Shown here piece by piece: positions 1-10,177 of a stretch of 64,000 bases of DNA. Positions within the stretch are counted from its first letter, which is position 1, and each line of letters begins with the position of its first letter. Source of the DNA: an uncultured Acidobacteriaceae bacterium (GTDB lineage: Bacteria > Acidobacteriota > Terriglobia > Acidiferrales > UBA7541); assembly GCA_964407845.1 (NCBI GenBank), contig CAYOXF010000104.1, forward strand, positions 250 to 64,249. Direction: 5' to 3'. The position numbers were made by a program, and so were the translations under genes. Under the pieces are notes generated by a model. That model did no database searches and was not told the origin of the DNA. It was given only the letters and a program-made list of their open reading frames with translations.

Positions 1-253
1 CGCCATCTTCATCCCTTTCGGCGCGGCCGCCGACGCACACCAGACACCGAACGCACAGGCCATGCAGGACGCGGGCGCCGCTCGACTCCTGCCACAAGAC
101 GAACTGACGCCGGAAAGATTGACAAACGAAATCTTCTCTCTTCTGGACCAGCCCCTGAAAATTCAAGAGATGGAGGACTCTGCCCGCGCGTTGGCCCGCC
201 CGCACGCGGTCGAAGATATCGTCGATCTTCTCGAAAAGGTGGCAAAGCCGTGA
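1..253 (+). CDS. murG: UDP-N-acetylglucosamine transferase MurG, C-terminal fragment (5' end outside the window)
   Basis: The reading frame is open from the window edge to TGA 251-253. The C-terminal peptide (...EMEDSARALARPHAVEDIVDLLEKV) resembles a MurG C-terminus. It lies directly upstream of murC with a GTGA start/stop overlap, in dcw-cluster context. Confidence 0.7.
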   Translation, partial: AIFIPFGAAADAHQTPNAQAMQDAGAARLLPQDELTPERLTNEIFSLLDQPLKIQEMEDSARALARPHAVEDIVDLLEKVAKP

Positions 254-1656
254 ACGTCACCTTTCGAAATTTCCAGCGCATCCACTTGGTCGGCATCGGC
301 GGCAGCGGCATGAGCGGCATTGCCGAGGTGCTGCTTTCCAGTGGCTACGCGGTCTCGGGCTCTGATTTGAAATCTTCTCCCGTCACCGAGCGGCTGCATA
401 AGCTCGGCGCGACAATCTATGAGTCGCATGCGGCCGAAAATGTGCACGGGGCGCACGTTGTGGTCGTGTCCTCTGCAGTTCCCGCCGATAACGTCGAACT
501 GATCGAGGCTCACCGCCAGAAAATTCCCGTGATTCCCCGGGCGGAGATGCTCGCCGAATTGATGCGTCTGAAGTCCGGCATCGCCGTGGCCGGTGCGCAT
601 GGAAAGACCACAACCACTTCCATGGTGGCCTCCGTGCTGGCGGCAGCGGGGCTCGATCCGACGTTCGTGGTGGGCGGACGCGTGAATCACGCGGGCTCGC
701 ACGCCTCAGTGGGCGAAGGCGAGTACATGGTGGTCGAGGCGGACGAAAGCGATGGGTCGTTTCTCTTGCTCGCGCCGGTGATCGCCGTGATCACCACCAT
801 TGATCGCGAGCATCTGGACCACTACCAGTCGCTTGAGGAAATCCAAGAGGCGTTTTTGGAATTCGCAAATCGCGTGCCGTTCTACGGCTCGGTGATCCTA
901 TGTCTTGACGAACCGAATGTGCAGGCGATTTTGCCGCGCGTGAAGCGTCCCGTCGTCACCTACGGCACTTCGAGCCAAGCAGACCTCGTGGTTTCCGACG
1001 TGAAGCTCCGTGGCCTTTCCAGCGAGTTCCGATTGAAATATCGCGGCGAAGACCTCGGTGTCTTTGGTTTACCTGCCCCGCCTGGAATCCACAACGTGCG
1101 CAATGCGGCCGCTGCCGCGGCGGCTGCGCTGACGCTCAATGTCCCAACGGATCTGATTCGGCAAGGGCTGGCAAAATTTTCAGGCGTTGGTCGCAGGTTC
1201 GAAGTCAAAGGGAAGTTTTCCGGCGTCACGCTGATCGACGATTACGGTCATCATCCCGCCGAAATTCGCGCCACACTCGAAGCCGCGCGCGGATGCGGCT
1301 ATCAGCGCCTCTTGGTGCTCTTTCAACCGCATCGCTACACACGCACGCAGCACCTTTGGGAGGATTTTCGGCGCTCGTTTAACCAGGCTGATGTGCTGGT
1401 GATCACCGATATCTACGCCGCCGGAGAATCGCCGATTGAGGGCATCCACGGCGAAACACTGGCCGATGCCATCAGTACGGCGGGACACAAGAGAGTCATT
1501 TATTCGAGCACGCTGCAAGGCGGCATCGAATTCATCCTGCGCGAAGCACGCCCGGGCGATGCGGTGCTGACCATTGGTGCCGGCAGTGTGGGTCGAGTTA
1601 CCGAAGAGCTGGCGATGTTGCTCGAATCGAGGGTTTCGATTTCCCGTGCGGATTAG
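250..1656 (+). CDS. murC: UDP-N-acetylmuramate--L-alanine ligase
   Basis: 468-aa ORF with Mur ligase signatures HLVGIGGSGMSGIAEVL, the P-loop GAHGKTTTTSM, and DDYGHHPAE. Confidence 0.95.
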   Translation: MNVTFRNFQRIHLVGIGGSGMSGIAEVLLSSGYAVSGSDLKSSPVTERLHKLGATIYESHAAENVHGAHVVVVSSAVPADNVELIEAHRQKIPVIPRAEMLAELMRLKSGIAVAGAHGKTTTTSMVASVLAAAGLDPTFVVGGRVNHAGSHASVGEGEYMVVEADESDGSFLLLAPVIAVITTIDREHLDHYQSLEEIQEAFLEFANRVPFYGSVILCLDEPNVQAILPRVKRPVVTYGTSSQADLVVSDVKLRGLSSEFRLKYRGEDLGVFGLPAPPGIHNVRNAAAAAAAALTLNVPTDLIRQGLAKFSGVGRRFEVKGKFSGVTLIDDYGHHPAEIRATLEAARGCGYQRLLVLFQPHRYTRTQHLWEDFRRSFNQADVLVITDIYAAGESPIEGIHGETLADAISTAGHKRVIYSSTLQGGIEFILREARPGDAVLTIGAGSVGRVTEELAMLLESRVSISRAD

Positions 1657-2551
1657 TGCCCAGCTCGAAGCGCGATTGAGGGAACTGGGCGCCGAGTTGC
1701 GTCCCGCCGCATCGCTTGCCGAGCACACCTCGCTCGGGATCGGTGGCACGACCGATGAAATCTTGCTGCGCCATTACGAGACGGTCCCCAAGATTATGCG
1801 GCTTTTGGCCGAGGAAGGAGTCCCGCACCGTTTTCTGGGAGGCGGCACGAACGTGCTGGTGGACGATGGTGAGCTGTCCTTCGTGGTACTGCACATGCTG
1901 ACCTCGGCACTCGGTATGCACGTGGAAGGAAATGCGGCGTATGTGGATGCGGCGGCGGATTTGGGCGCCACCGTGACGTTTTGCGCCAAACACGATCTGG
2001 GCGGCATGGAAGGGCTCATCGGAGTGCCCGGGAGCGTGGGCGGCGCGTTGCGGATGAATGCCGGCGCGTATGGCACACAGATCGGTCCGCACGTGCGCGA
2101 GGTGGAGTTGTATCGCGCTGCCTCGGGTGAGATCGAATCAGTACGCGACAGCGAGATCCGCTTCGACTACCGGCACACGTCGTTCGCGCCGGAGGATGTC
2201 ATGCTGCGGGTAAAGCTGGAGCTGCCGTCTCAGCCGTTTCAGGAAATCCTAGCGGGCATCAAAGTCTGCAACGAGAAACGCAGGTCGAGCCAACCGCTGA
2301 ATCAGAAAAGTGCAGGCTGCATTTTTAAAAATCCTCCGGGCGGTTCGGCCGGACGCATGATCGATGAATTGGGTTTGAAGGGCCATCGCGTGGGCGATGC
2401 CATGGTGAGCGACCGACATGCGAATTTCTTCGTCAATACGGGCCAGGCCCGCTGTGTGGACATGCTGAAGCTGATCGATCTGGTGCGGGAGCGAGTCCGG
2501 GGCGCTTACGGAATTGAACTGGAGAACGAGGTAATCGTCTGGCGAAACTAA
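1646..2551 (+). CDS. murB: UDP-N-acetylenolpyruvoylglucosamine reductase
   Basis: The ORF opens at 1574 inside murC. GTG 1646 is the first start with only a small overlap. It has an FAD-binding N-terminus (HTSLGIGGT), SAGCIFKNP and RHANFFVN motifs. Confidence 0.9.
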   Translation: MRISAQLEARLRELGAELRPAASLAEHTSLGIGGTTDEILLRHYETVPKIMRLLAEEGVPHRFLGGGTNVLVDDGELSFVVLHMLTSALGMHVEGNAAYVDAAADLGATVTFCAKHDLGGMEGLIGVPGSVGGALRMNAGAYGTQIGPHVREVELYRAASGEIESVRDSEIRFDYRHTSFAPEDVMLRVKLELPSQPFQEILAGIKVCNEKRRSSQPLNQKSAGCIFKNPPGGSAGRMIDELGLKGHRVGDAMVSDRHANFFVNTGQARCVDMLKLIDLVRERVRGAYGIELENEVIVWRN

Positions 2552-2583
2552 AGGCCATCGATGCCGAAGTCTATCCGCGGGAA

Positions 2584-3498
2584 GTGGTGGCGGATGAAGA
2601 GCCGAAGTATCTCCGGCGCCAAAAGCCGGTCGAGATCAAGCGACGAAAATTCAGCCGACAGGCCTGGAAGACATACCTTCGCGTGACGATGTGGACGGCC
2701 GTCGGTTTGGCTGGCGCGGGCGCTGCGTATCAATGCGGTCGCTTCCTGCTGACATCGCCCGAGATGGCACTGCTTCATCCCGACCAGATCAGTCTCGAAG
2801 GCAATCATTACGTCACGCCGGACAGCGTGCGCAAAGTTTTTCTTCGGGATCGCGGTACGAGCGTCCTCCGAATTCCCATTGCTGAGCGGCGGCGCCAACT
2901 GGAAACGATTGCCTGGGTTGAGCAAGCAGCCGTGCGTCGCGTATTGCCGAACCGTATCCAGGTCGAGATTACCGAGCGCACGCCGATTGCGTTTTTGCGT
3001 GACGCAGGCGACCTTGCGCTCGTCGACGTGCACGGCGTGATCTTGGAACGTCCTCTGGAAGGCGACTTTCATTTTCCTGTGGTGACCGGCATCAGTCGGG
3101 AGATGCCGCTTGAAGACCGGCAGCAGCGCATGCGGCAGTTGTCAAAATTCATCCAGGAGATTGGTTCGGTCAAGCGAGATGCAGCCGACGAGGTGAGTGA
3201 GGTCGACTTGTCAGACGCACGTGACTTGCGGGCGACGCTCACCGGCTTTGAGAACCAATCGGCGTCGGAAGCCAGTGCCCCGGACCGATCGGCGCCGGTC
3301 CTTGTTCATTTTGGAGACAGCGATTTCGTCGGAAAGTATCAGACCTTAGTCGATGAGTTCGGGGCGTGGCAGGCGAGGGCAGGGCGCATTGAGTCAGTCG
3401 ATTTGCGTTTTAGTCGCGAAGCCGTCGTGAATCAAGATGTCACACCTTCGGCCGGCCACGTGCTGGCCGCGAAAGGGACCGAGGGTCGGCCGCACTGA
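2584..3498 (+). CDS. ftsQ: Cell division protein FtsQ (POTRA domain)
   Basis: It has a single N-terminal TM (MWTAVGLAGAGAAY) and a POTRA-like segment (VRRVLPNRIQVEITERTPIAF). Its position between murB and ftsA fits FtsQ. Confidence 0.8.
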   Translation: MVADEEPKYLRRQKPVEIKRRKFSRQAWKTYLRVTMWTAVGLAGAGAAYQCGRFLLTSPEMALLHPDQISLEGNHYVTPDSVRKVFLRDRGTSVLRIPIAERRRQLETIAWVEQAAVRRVLPNRIQVEITERTPIAFLRDAGDLALVDVHGVILERPLEGDFHFPVVTGISREMPLEDRQQRMRQLSKFIQEIGSVKRDAADEVSEVDLSDARDLRATLTGFENQSASEASAPDRSAPVLVHFGDSDFVGKYQTLVDEFGAWQARAGRIESVDLRFSREAVVNQDVTPSAGHVLAAKGTEGRPH

Positions 3499-3557
3499 GT
3501 TTTTGCAACTGCAAGACCGAGTTCTACAAAAGCAGAGGAACCCAAGGAGCAGGGGAT

Positions 3558-4772
3558 TTGACCAAGAAAGAACGACACATTGTGGCGCTCGATATCGGAA
3601 GCACGAAAACGTGCGCGCTGGTCGGCGAAATGGAAGACGACGGCGGAGTGAAGTTCGCTGCCCTCGGAGCGGCTGAGTCCAAGGGCTGGCGGAAAGGCCA
3701 GATCGTGAATCTCGACCTCGCCGTTAGTTCGATTCGGCGGGCTGTCGAAGAGGCTGAGACCATTGTGGGCGTGCCCGTAGAATCGGCCGTCATCGGCGTG
3801 GCGGGCAAACACGTGCGCGGAGTAAATAGCCGCGGCGGAATTACCGTGGGCGCCAAGCCCCGCGACATTCAGCGCGATGACGTGCGTCGTGCGATTGAGG
3901 CTGCGCGCGCCGTGACGCTACCGGAGGACCGCGAAGTACTGCACGTTTTGCCGCAGGAGTTTTTTCTCGACGGTCAGGACAACATCCGCGATGCGATCGG
4001 TATGGTCGGCCAGCGGTTGGAGGCCAACGTCCACATCGTGACCGCATCGGGTACGGCGACACAGAACATCGTAACCGCTGTGAATCGCGCCGGTGTGCGT
4101 GTGGACGATACAGTGCTCGAGCCCTTCGCCTCGGCCGAAGCCTGCCTCACCCAGGATGAGCGCGAGCTGGGCGCGTGCGTGCTCGATGTGGGCGGCGGGA
4201 CGACGGAGCTCATTGCCTACGCGGGAGGAGTGGTGCGGCACACAGCGGCGATTCCCGTCGGTGGTGATCATTTTACGAACGATCTGGCCGTAGGGTTACG
4301 AACGCCCATCCCGGAAGCCGAGAAAATTAAGCGCGAGCACGCCCAGGCATTCCGCGAGTTGCTGGGCGAAGATGTTCCCATTGAGATCGCGAGCGTGGGT
4401 GACCGCCCGTCGCGAACGATTTTCACGCGCATGGTCGCCGATATCGTTGGACCGCGCGCGCAGGAGCTTTTGGCCCTCGTTCGTGATGAGCTGCGGCGTG
4501 CCGGATTGGAATCGCAAATTCCCGCCGGAATTGTGCTCACCGGAGGTGGGGCGCATCTGCGCGGTTTGCCGGAGCTAGCTGAGCGTGTTTTCAATCTGCC
4601 GGTGCGCGTGGCTCTGCCGCGGGGCCTTGCTGAGATGAGCGAACAAGTTTCTCAGCCTGAGTATTCCACTGCGATCGGACTCGTTCTGTACACGGCGCGT
4701 ACACGTCGTGTTTCAGGAGGGCGTCCGACCGGCTTTCTGGGGAAGTTGAAGAGCATGTTTGCGGGGGCGTGA
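3558..4772 (+). CDS. ftsA: Cell division protein FtsA
   Basis: Actin-like ATPase motifs ALDIGSTKTCALVGE, VLDVGGGTTEL and IVLTGGGAHLRGL. A TTG start is preceded by AGGAGCAGGGGA. Confidence 0.95.
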   Translation: MTKKERHIVALDIGSTKTCALVGEMEDDGGVKFAALGAAESKGWRKGQIVNLDLAVSSIRRAVEEAETIVGVPVESAVIGVAGKHVRGVNSRGGITVGAKPRDIQRDDVRRAIEAARAVTLPEDREVLHVLPQEFFLDGQDNIRDAIGMVGQRLEANVHIVTASGTATQNIVTAVNRAGVRVDDTVLEPFASAEACLTQDERELGACVLDVGGGTTELIAYAGGVVRHTAAIPVGGDHFTNDLAVGLRTPIPEAEKIKREHAQAFRELLGEDVPIEIASVGDRPSRTIFTRMVADIVGPRAQELLALVRDELRRAGLESQIPAGIVLTGGGAHLRGLPELAERVFNLPVRVALPRGLAEMSEQVSQPEYSTAIGLVLYTARTRRVSGGRPTGFLGKLKSMFAGA

Positions 4773-4805
4773 GCGGTTTCGGGAGATTTTCCTAGGGGAG
4801 GGAGC

Positions 4806-5981
4806 ATGGCACCAAAGGAATCGAACCTTCGGGTCTCATTTAGCGAAGAGCCAGCAGACGGCGCCAAGATCAAAGTCATCGGCGTCGGCGGCGGCGGCTC
4901 GAATGCGGTCAACCGGATGATTCGCGCCAAGGTCGAGGGCGTCGAATTCATCGCGGCCAATACCGATTTGCAAGCCTTAAAGCTTTCGCAAGCGCCGGTA
5001 AAGCTCCAGCTGGGTGCAAAGTTGACCAAGGGACTGGGGGCGGGCGCGAACCCCGAGGTTGGCCGGAAGGCGGCGTTGGAAGATACGGAGAAGATTCTCG
5101 AGGCTCTGGACGGTGCGGATATGGTGTTTGTCACCTCCGGTCTCGGCGGAGGTACCGGCAGTGGCGCAGCGCCCGTGGTAGCGAATCTGGCCAGCGAGTT
5201 GGGAGCGCTGACCGTCGCTGTCGTTACGAAACCGTTCGCGTTTGAAGGTAAACGCCGCATGCACCAGGCAGAGCAGGCACTGGCCGAACTCATCGGATCG
5301 GTCGACACGGTCATCGTGATTCCCAACGAACGGCTGATGGAATGCGTCGAGCAGGGTACCAGCTTCTTTGAGGCGTTCCGCATCGCCGACGACATTCTGC
5401 GGCAGGCGGTGCAGGGGATTTCCGACATCATCACAATTCCGGGCATCATCAACCGTGATTTTGCCGATGTGCGGACGATCATGTCCGGCCAAGGCTTTGC
5501 GGTGATGGGCACGGCCGTTGCGTCGGGATCGAACCGCGCGATCGACGCCGCCAACCGCGCCATCAACAGCCCGCTGCTCGAAGACAACAACATCAACGGC
5601 GCACAAGGAATTCTGATCAACGTCACCGGGTCATCGACGCTTTCGCTTCATGAAGTGCACGAAGCATCCTCGATCATCCAGAAGGCGGCGCACGAAAACG
5701 CGAACATCATCTTCGGTGCCGTGCAGGACGATCAAATGAAGGAGTCTGTGAAGATCACGGTGATCGCAGCGGGCTTCCGCGAGATTGCCAGCAAAAAGGC
5801 GCAGACGCGGCCCTCCTATTTGCCGAAAACGTGGAAGGCTGGCCGCGACATGAACATTGCTCCCGAGCAGACCAACATCTTGCAGCAAGTCGCGCACAAT
5901 GTTAGCGATCTTGCTCCGGAAATGGCTGCCGATGATCTTGACGTGCCAACCTTTCTCCGCCGCCAGGCGCAAAAGGCGTAG
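4806..5981 (+). CDS. ftsZ: Cell division GTPase FtsZ
   Basis: [17 protein letters not shown], the tubulin signature [13 protein letters not shown], and the conserved C-terminal peptide [12 protein letters not shown]. Confidence 0.97.
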   Translation: MAPKESNLRVSFSEEPADGAKIKVIGVGGGGSNAVNRMIRAKVEGVEFIAANTDLQALKLSQAPVKLQLGAKLTKGLGAGANPEVGRKAALEDTEKILEALDGADMVFVTSGLGGGTGSGAAPVVANLASELGALTVAVVTKPFAFEGKRRMHQAEQALAELIGSVDTVIVIPNERLMECVEQGTSFFEAFRIADDILRQAVQGISDIITIPGIINRDFADVRTIMSGQGFAVMGTAVASGSNRAIDAANRAINSPLLEDNNINGAQGILINVTGSSTLSLHEVHEASSIIQKAAHENANIIFGAVQDDQMKESVKITVIAAGFREIASKKAQTRPSYLPKTWKAGRDMNIAPEQTNILQQVAHNVSDLAPEMAADDLDVPTFLRRQAQKA

Positions 5982-6096
5982 CGCGCGATTCGAGCAGACC
6001 GATCGGGGGCGCAGCAGACCGCGCCCCTTGCGTTTTTGGTTCTTCGCCCCCCATGTCCCGAGCCCTGCTGCGCACGCTCGGTATCGACAGGCAGAG

Positions 6097-6507
6097 ATGA
6101 ACAGGATTCAGATCCGCCGCGACCTTTTAAAGCAGCTGCTCGAACACGCTGAGCGCGAGGCGCTCGGCGAATGCTGCGGGTTGCTGGCAGGCAAGCGAGG
6201 CGTAATCACGCTTGCGATTCCGGCGAAAAATGTGGCGAGCGATGCGACCAAGAACTATGAAATCGAGCCTAGCGAAATCGTCCGGATGATGCGTGAATTC
6301 CGCACACGGGGACTCGAGTTTCTCGGGATTTACCACTCGCACCCTACGGGTGAGAATCGGCCGTCGGCGCGTGATATCGAGCTTGCCTATTATTCAGAGG
6401 CGGTGTACGTCATCCTGTCGCCGCGTGCCGATACCCTCAAGCCCATCCGCGCGTTTTCGATCCGGGACGGCTCAGTAACGGAACTGGAATGGGAGATGGA
6501 GCCGTAG
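6097..6507 (+). CDS. JAMM/MPN (Mov34) family metalloprotease
   Basis: ATG 6097 is in the frame of the longer ORF 5857-6507. It has an upstream Glu (REALGECCG) and the HSHPTGENRPSARD JAMM motif. The 5857 start would overlap ftsZ by 125 nt. Confidence 0.8.
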   Translation: MNRIQIRRDLLKQLLEHAEREALGECCGLLAGKRGVITLAIPAKNVASDATKNYEIEPSEIVRMMREFRTRGLEFLGIYHSHPTGENRPSARDIELAYYSEAVYVILSPRADTLKPIRAFSIRDGSVTELEWEMEP

Positions 6508-6561
6508 CTGGTTCCCGTCATATCGGTAAATAGCTTGAGGTCTTGCGGATGAGCCGCATAC

Positions 6562-7851
6562 TCAGCGGGCAGAGCGGGCATCGGCAAGGGCAGCTTCGGC
6601 CGCTTCCAGCCGGCGCAGGTACAGAGGAAAGTCGCCGGCGAATGTGGCCACTTCCGCGCGAACACGCTGCTCGATTGCAGCGTCGCCGATGTGGTTTAGC
6701 ACTTGGGCGATCCATCCCGCGATTTTTTCCATTTCCGCTTCGCGCATGCCGCGGGTGGTGAGCGCCGGAGTGCCCATGCGAATCCCGCTGGCCTTGAGCG
6801 GCGGCAAAGGGTCAAAGGGAATCGAGTTTTTGTTGACGGTGATGCCGGCACGATCCAGCGCAGGCTGGACCACGGCCCCCGTCAAACCGCACGAATGGAC
6901 ATCCACGAGGAAGAGATGATTGTCGGTTCCTCCGCTGACGATGCGGAACCCATGCCGCGCCATTGCGGCGGCGAGCGCTTTCGCATTGGCGACGACCTGG
7001 CGTTGATAATCGGCGAATCCTGGTTCCGAAGCCTCCTTCAGGCAAACAGCCTTTGCCGCAATGACGTGCATCAGCGGCCCACCCTGCATGCCGGGAAACG
7101 TACTGCGGTCGAGATCCTTGGCGTATTTCTCTCGGCACAGAATAAGCCCTCCGCGAGGGCCGCGCAGCGTTTTGTGTGTGGTCGTGGAGACGAAATCAGC
7201 GTGCGGCACGGGATTCGGATGAACGCCCGCTGCAATCAGCCCAGCAATGTGTGCCATATCGACAAAGAAGAATGCGCCGACCGACTGCGCAATTTGCGCC
7301 ATGCGTGGGAAATCGAACTGGCGCGAATAGGCACTGGCGCCCGCGACGATCATCTTGGGTTTGTGCTCTTGAGCCAGCCGAGCGAGCTCGTGGTAGTCGA
7401 TCGTTTCGGTTCCCTTGGCGACGCCGTAGGGCACGAACTTGTAGGTGAGACCTGAAAAATTCAGCGGATGACCATGGGTCAGATGTCCACCGTGCGCGAG
7501 ATTCATGCCGAGGACGGTGTCGCCCGGCTTCAGCGCGGTCATGTAGACGGCGATGTTGGCCTGCGTGCCGGAGTGCGGCTGGACGTTGGCGTGATCGGCG
7601 CCGAATAGAGCCTTTGCACGGTCGATGGCGAGCTGTTCGGCTTGGTCCACGAATTCACAACCGCCGTAGTAGCGCTTCCCGGGATAGCCTTCAGCGTATT
7701 TGTTCGTCAGTACCGAGCCCATGGCCTCGAGCACGGCCTCGGAAACAAAATTCTCGGAAGGAATCAGCTCGAGGCCGGTCGCCTGGCGGCGCACTTCTTC
7801 GTGAACCACCGCTGCAATCGCAGGGTCGGTCTCTTCGAGCGTGCGGCTCAT
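6562..7851 (-). CDS. glyA: Serine hydroxymethyltransferase
   Basis: [11 protein letters not shown] and the PLP-lysine motif [14 protein letters not shown] are present. The ORF extends to 7947, but ATG 7851 ([12 protein letters not shown]...) gives the canonical N-terminal length. The start is uncertain (7851, 7881 or 7893). Confidence 0.93.
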   Translation of the reverse strand: MSRTLEETDPAIAAVVHEEVRRQATGLELIPSENFVSEAVLEAMGSVLTNKYAEGYPGKRYYGGCEFVDQAEQLAIDRAKALFGADHANVQPHSGTQANIAVYMTALKPGDTVLGMNLAHGGHLTHGHPLNFSGLTYKFVPYGVAKGTETIDYHELARLAQEHKPKMIVAGASAYSRQFDFPRMAQIAQSVGAFFFVDMAHIAGLIAAGVHPNPVPHADFVSTTTHKTLRGPRGGLILCREKYAKDLDRSTFPGMQGGPLMHVIAAKAVCLKEASEPGFADYQRQVVANAKALAAAMARHGFRIVSGGTDNHLFLVDVHSCGLTGAVVQPALDRAGITVNKNSIPFDPLPPLKASGIRMGTPALTTRGMREAEMEKIAGWIAQVLNHIGDAAIEQRVRAEVATFAGDFPLYLRRLEAAEAALADARSAR

Positions 7852-8077
7852 TCTCGAAAGATCGGGCGAGTCCTTCCTCATGGGCGCGCTCATCTTAGCA
7901 AATCCGACTGGTTCGGCGAAGGCCCACTTTCGCGTCGACTCAAGCAAGACAGCCGAATCGCAGGCGACTTAAGAAGGTTCCTGCGGTCTGCAGGCACTCT
8001 GGTTGACTTCGCTTCGACTGTCCCCTAACCTAACTCGTTTACGCTGAGGGACAAGACAAAGACAGACACGGTGACAA

Positions 8078-9541
8078 ATGTCTGAACGGAAGCTGACCAC
8101 GCGGACCGAGGATTTCTCGGAGTGGTACAACCAGGTCGTTCTCCGCGCGGAGCTGGCGGACTACGCGCCGGTCCGCGGCTGCATGATCGTCCGGCCGTAC
8201 GGGTGGGCGCTGTGGGAAAACATCACTGCCGCGCTCGACAAGCGGTTCAAAGCAACGGGACACGTCAACGCGGCGTTTCCCTTGCTGATCCCTCGTAGCT
8301 TCATTGAAAAGGAAAAGTCCCATGTGGCGGGGTTTTCGCCGGAACTGGCGGTCGTGACGCACGGCGGCGGTGAAGAGCTGGAAGAACCGCTGGTCATCCG
8401 CCCTACTTCGGAGACAATTATCGGCCACTCATACGCGAAATGGATTCAGTCCTATCGCGATCTGCCGCTGTTAATCAACCAGTGGAATAGCGTGGTGCGC
8501 TGGGAATTGCGCACGCGGCTTTTTCTGCGCACGCTCGAGTTTTTCTGGCAGGAGGGCCACACGGCGCATGCCACCGCGGAAGAGGCGGAGGCCGAGACAC
8601 GCCAGATGGTCGACGTTTATTCGGATTTCGCCGTCAACGAAGCCGCAATTCCGGTGATTCCGGGACGCAAATCGGAAGCGGAAAAATTCGCAGGCGCCGA
8701 AATCACGTATTCGCTGGAAGCGATGATGGGGGACGGCAAGGCGTTGCAGTTTTGCACTTCGCACAACCTGGGCCAGAATTTCGCGAAGGCTTTTGAGATT
8801 CGCTACCTCGACAAGAATGGAGTCCTGCAGCACTGCTGGACGACGTCATGGGGACTTTCCACTCGCGTGGTCGGCGCGCTCATCATGGTTCACGGCGACG
8901 ATCAGGGCTTGATCTTCCCCCCGCGTCTGGCTCCTTATCAGATCGTGATCGTGCCGATCTTTAAGACGGACGAAGAAAAGGTAACAGTCTTTGAAACGGC
9001 AGAGCGTTTGCTGCGCGAGCTCACCGATGCGGGCATACGTGTCAAGATGGACGAGCGCGAAGGCATGAGCCCGGGCTTTAAGTTCAACGACTGGGAGATG
9101 CGCGGCGTTCCCTTGCGGCTGGAGCTAGGTCCAAAAGACGTGGCCAAAGGCTCAGCGGTGCTCGCCCGACGCGATCGTCCGGGCAAGGAAGGTAAGGTCT
9201 TTGTTCCGCAGCAGGGAATGGCCGCGGCTGTGGCGCACCTGCTGGAGGATATTCAAGAGGCTCTTCATCGCCGCGCGCTCGAATTCCGCAAAGCCCGCAC
9301 AATCCAGCCAGCCGATTATGGAGAGTTTAAGAAGGCCGTCGAGGAGGGCTTTGCATTCTCCTGGTGGTGCGGGGGCAGCGACTGCGAGGAGAAGATCAAA
9401 GAAGAGACGAAAGCCACGATGCGCTGTATTCCGCTTGACCAGTCCCTGGGAGCCAGCCCATCCGGGTCAAGCGGCTCCGGGAAATGCGTCTATTGTCGAC
9501 AGCCCGCCAAGGAAAAGGCCATCTTCGCCCGCGCGTATTGA
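8078..9541 (+). CDS. proS: Proline--tRNA ligase, archaeal/eukaryote-like type
   Basis: 487 aa with a class II aaRS core (FWQEGHTAH, HGDDQGLIFPP). The C-terminal Cys-rich domain (WWCGGSDCEEKI...CVYC) ends in ...ARAY. Confidence 0.95.
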   Translation: MSERKLTTRTEDFSEWYNQVVLRAELADYAPVRGCMIVRPYGWALWENITAALDKRFKATGHVNAAFPLLIPRSFIEKEKSHVAGFSPELAVVTHGGGEELEEPLVIRPTSETIIGHSYAKWIQSYRDLPLLINQWNSVVRWELRTRLFLRTLEFFWQEGHTAHATAEEAEAETRQMVDVYSDFAVNEAAIPVIPGRKSEAEKFAGAEITYSLEAMMGDGKALQFCTSHNLGQNFAKAFEIRYLDKNGVLQHCWTTSWGLSTRVVGALIMVHGDDQGLIFPPRLAPYQIVIVPIFKTDEEKVTVFETAERLLRELTDAGIRVKMDEREGMSPGFKFNDWEMRGVPLRLELGPKDVAKGSAVLARRDRPGKEGKVFVPQQGMAAAVAHLLEDIQEALHRRALEFRKARTIQPADYGEFKKAVEEGFAFSWWCGGSDCEEKIKEETKATMRCIPLDQSLGASPSGSSGSGKCVYCRQPAKEKAIFARAY

Positions 9542-9706
9542 GGCACCCCAGCCGGAAGCCAACGGGGCTGCTTGCTTGAGGATTGGATCGAGCAATCGGC
9601 GTTTACTCATCGCGAACACTGTTTTGCCGTCGTCCCGCCCGCTTGACTCACACCGTGCTAGGTTAAACGAGGGTATACGCGAAGACGGACAGGGGCCAGC
9701 GATTTT

Positions 9707-10093
9707 ATGGTTCTGCGAGGGCAAATCCGGGAGCGTGGCGGTTCGAAGCTCAACATCATTCTCCCGCTGTTGATCCTGGGAGCGATGATTTTCGTCATTG
9801 CCAAGATTGTGCCGGTCTATTTCGCGAACTATCAGTTCCAGGATGCCATCCAAACGGAAGCCAAGTTTGCACTCACCGGATATCCTAAAAAAAGCCTGGA
9901 CGACCTTCGCGAGGACGTGTACAAGAAGGCCCAGGAGCTCGACATCCCCGCCCAGCGAGAAAGCATCCGCGTTGCCGTGGACCCAAACAAGGGCTACGTG
10001 GATATCGGGCTTGACTACGCGGTGCCCATCGACTTGAAGGTGTATCAATTCACGTTGCAATTTCATCCCCACGCCGACAACCACACGATCTAA
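9707..10093 (+). CDS. Small membrane-anchored hypothetical protein (DUF4845-like)
   Basis: 128-aa ORF with one N-terminal TM (LNIILPLLILGAMIFVIAKIV). The family assignment is from memory only. Confidence 0.45.
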   Translation: MVLRGQIRERGGSKLNIILPLLILGAMIFVIAKIVPVYFANYQFQDAIQTEAKFALTGYPKKSLDDLREDVYKKAQELDIPAQRESIRVAVDPNKGYVDIGLDYAVPIDLKVYQFTLQFHPHADNHTI

Positions 10094-10177
10094 AATAGGA
10101 TTATCTCGGTGCTCCCCGCAAAGCCGTACGGTCCAGCCCCGGTCCGCGGCGCACCCCGGCCTTACCGGAGAAACTGA

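Noticed and set aside
5857-6096. N-terminal 80-codon extension of the JAMM ORF, overlapping the ftsZ 3' end
   Set aside because: The extension is Arg/Pro-rich and overlaps ftsZ coding sequence in another frame. The conserved MPN domain begins at ATG 6097.
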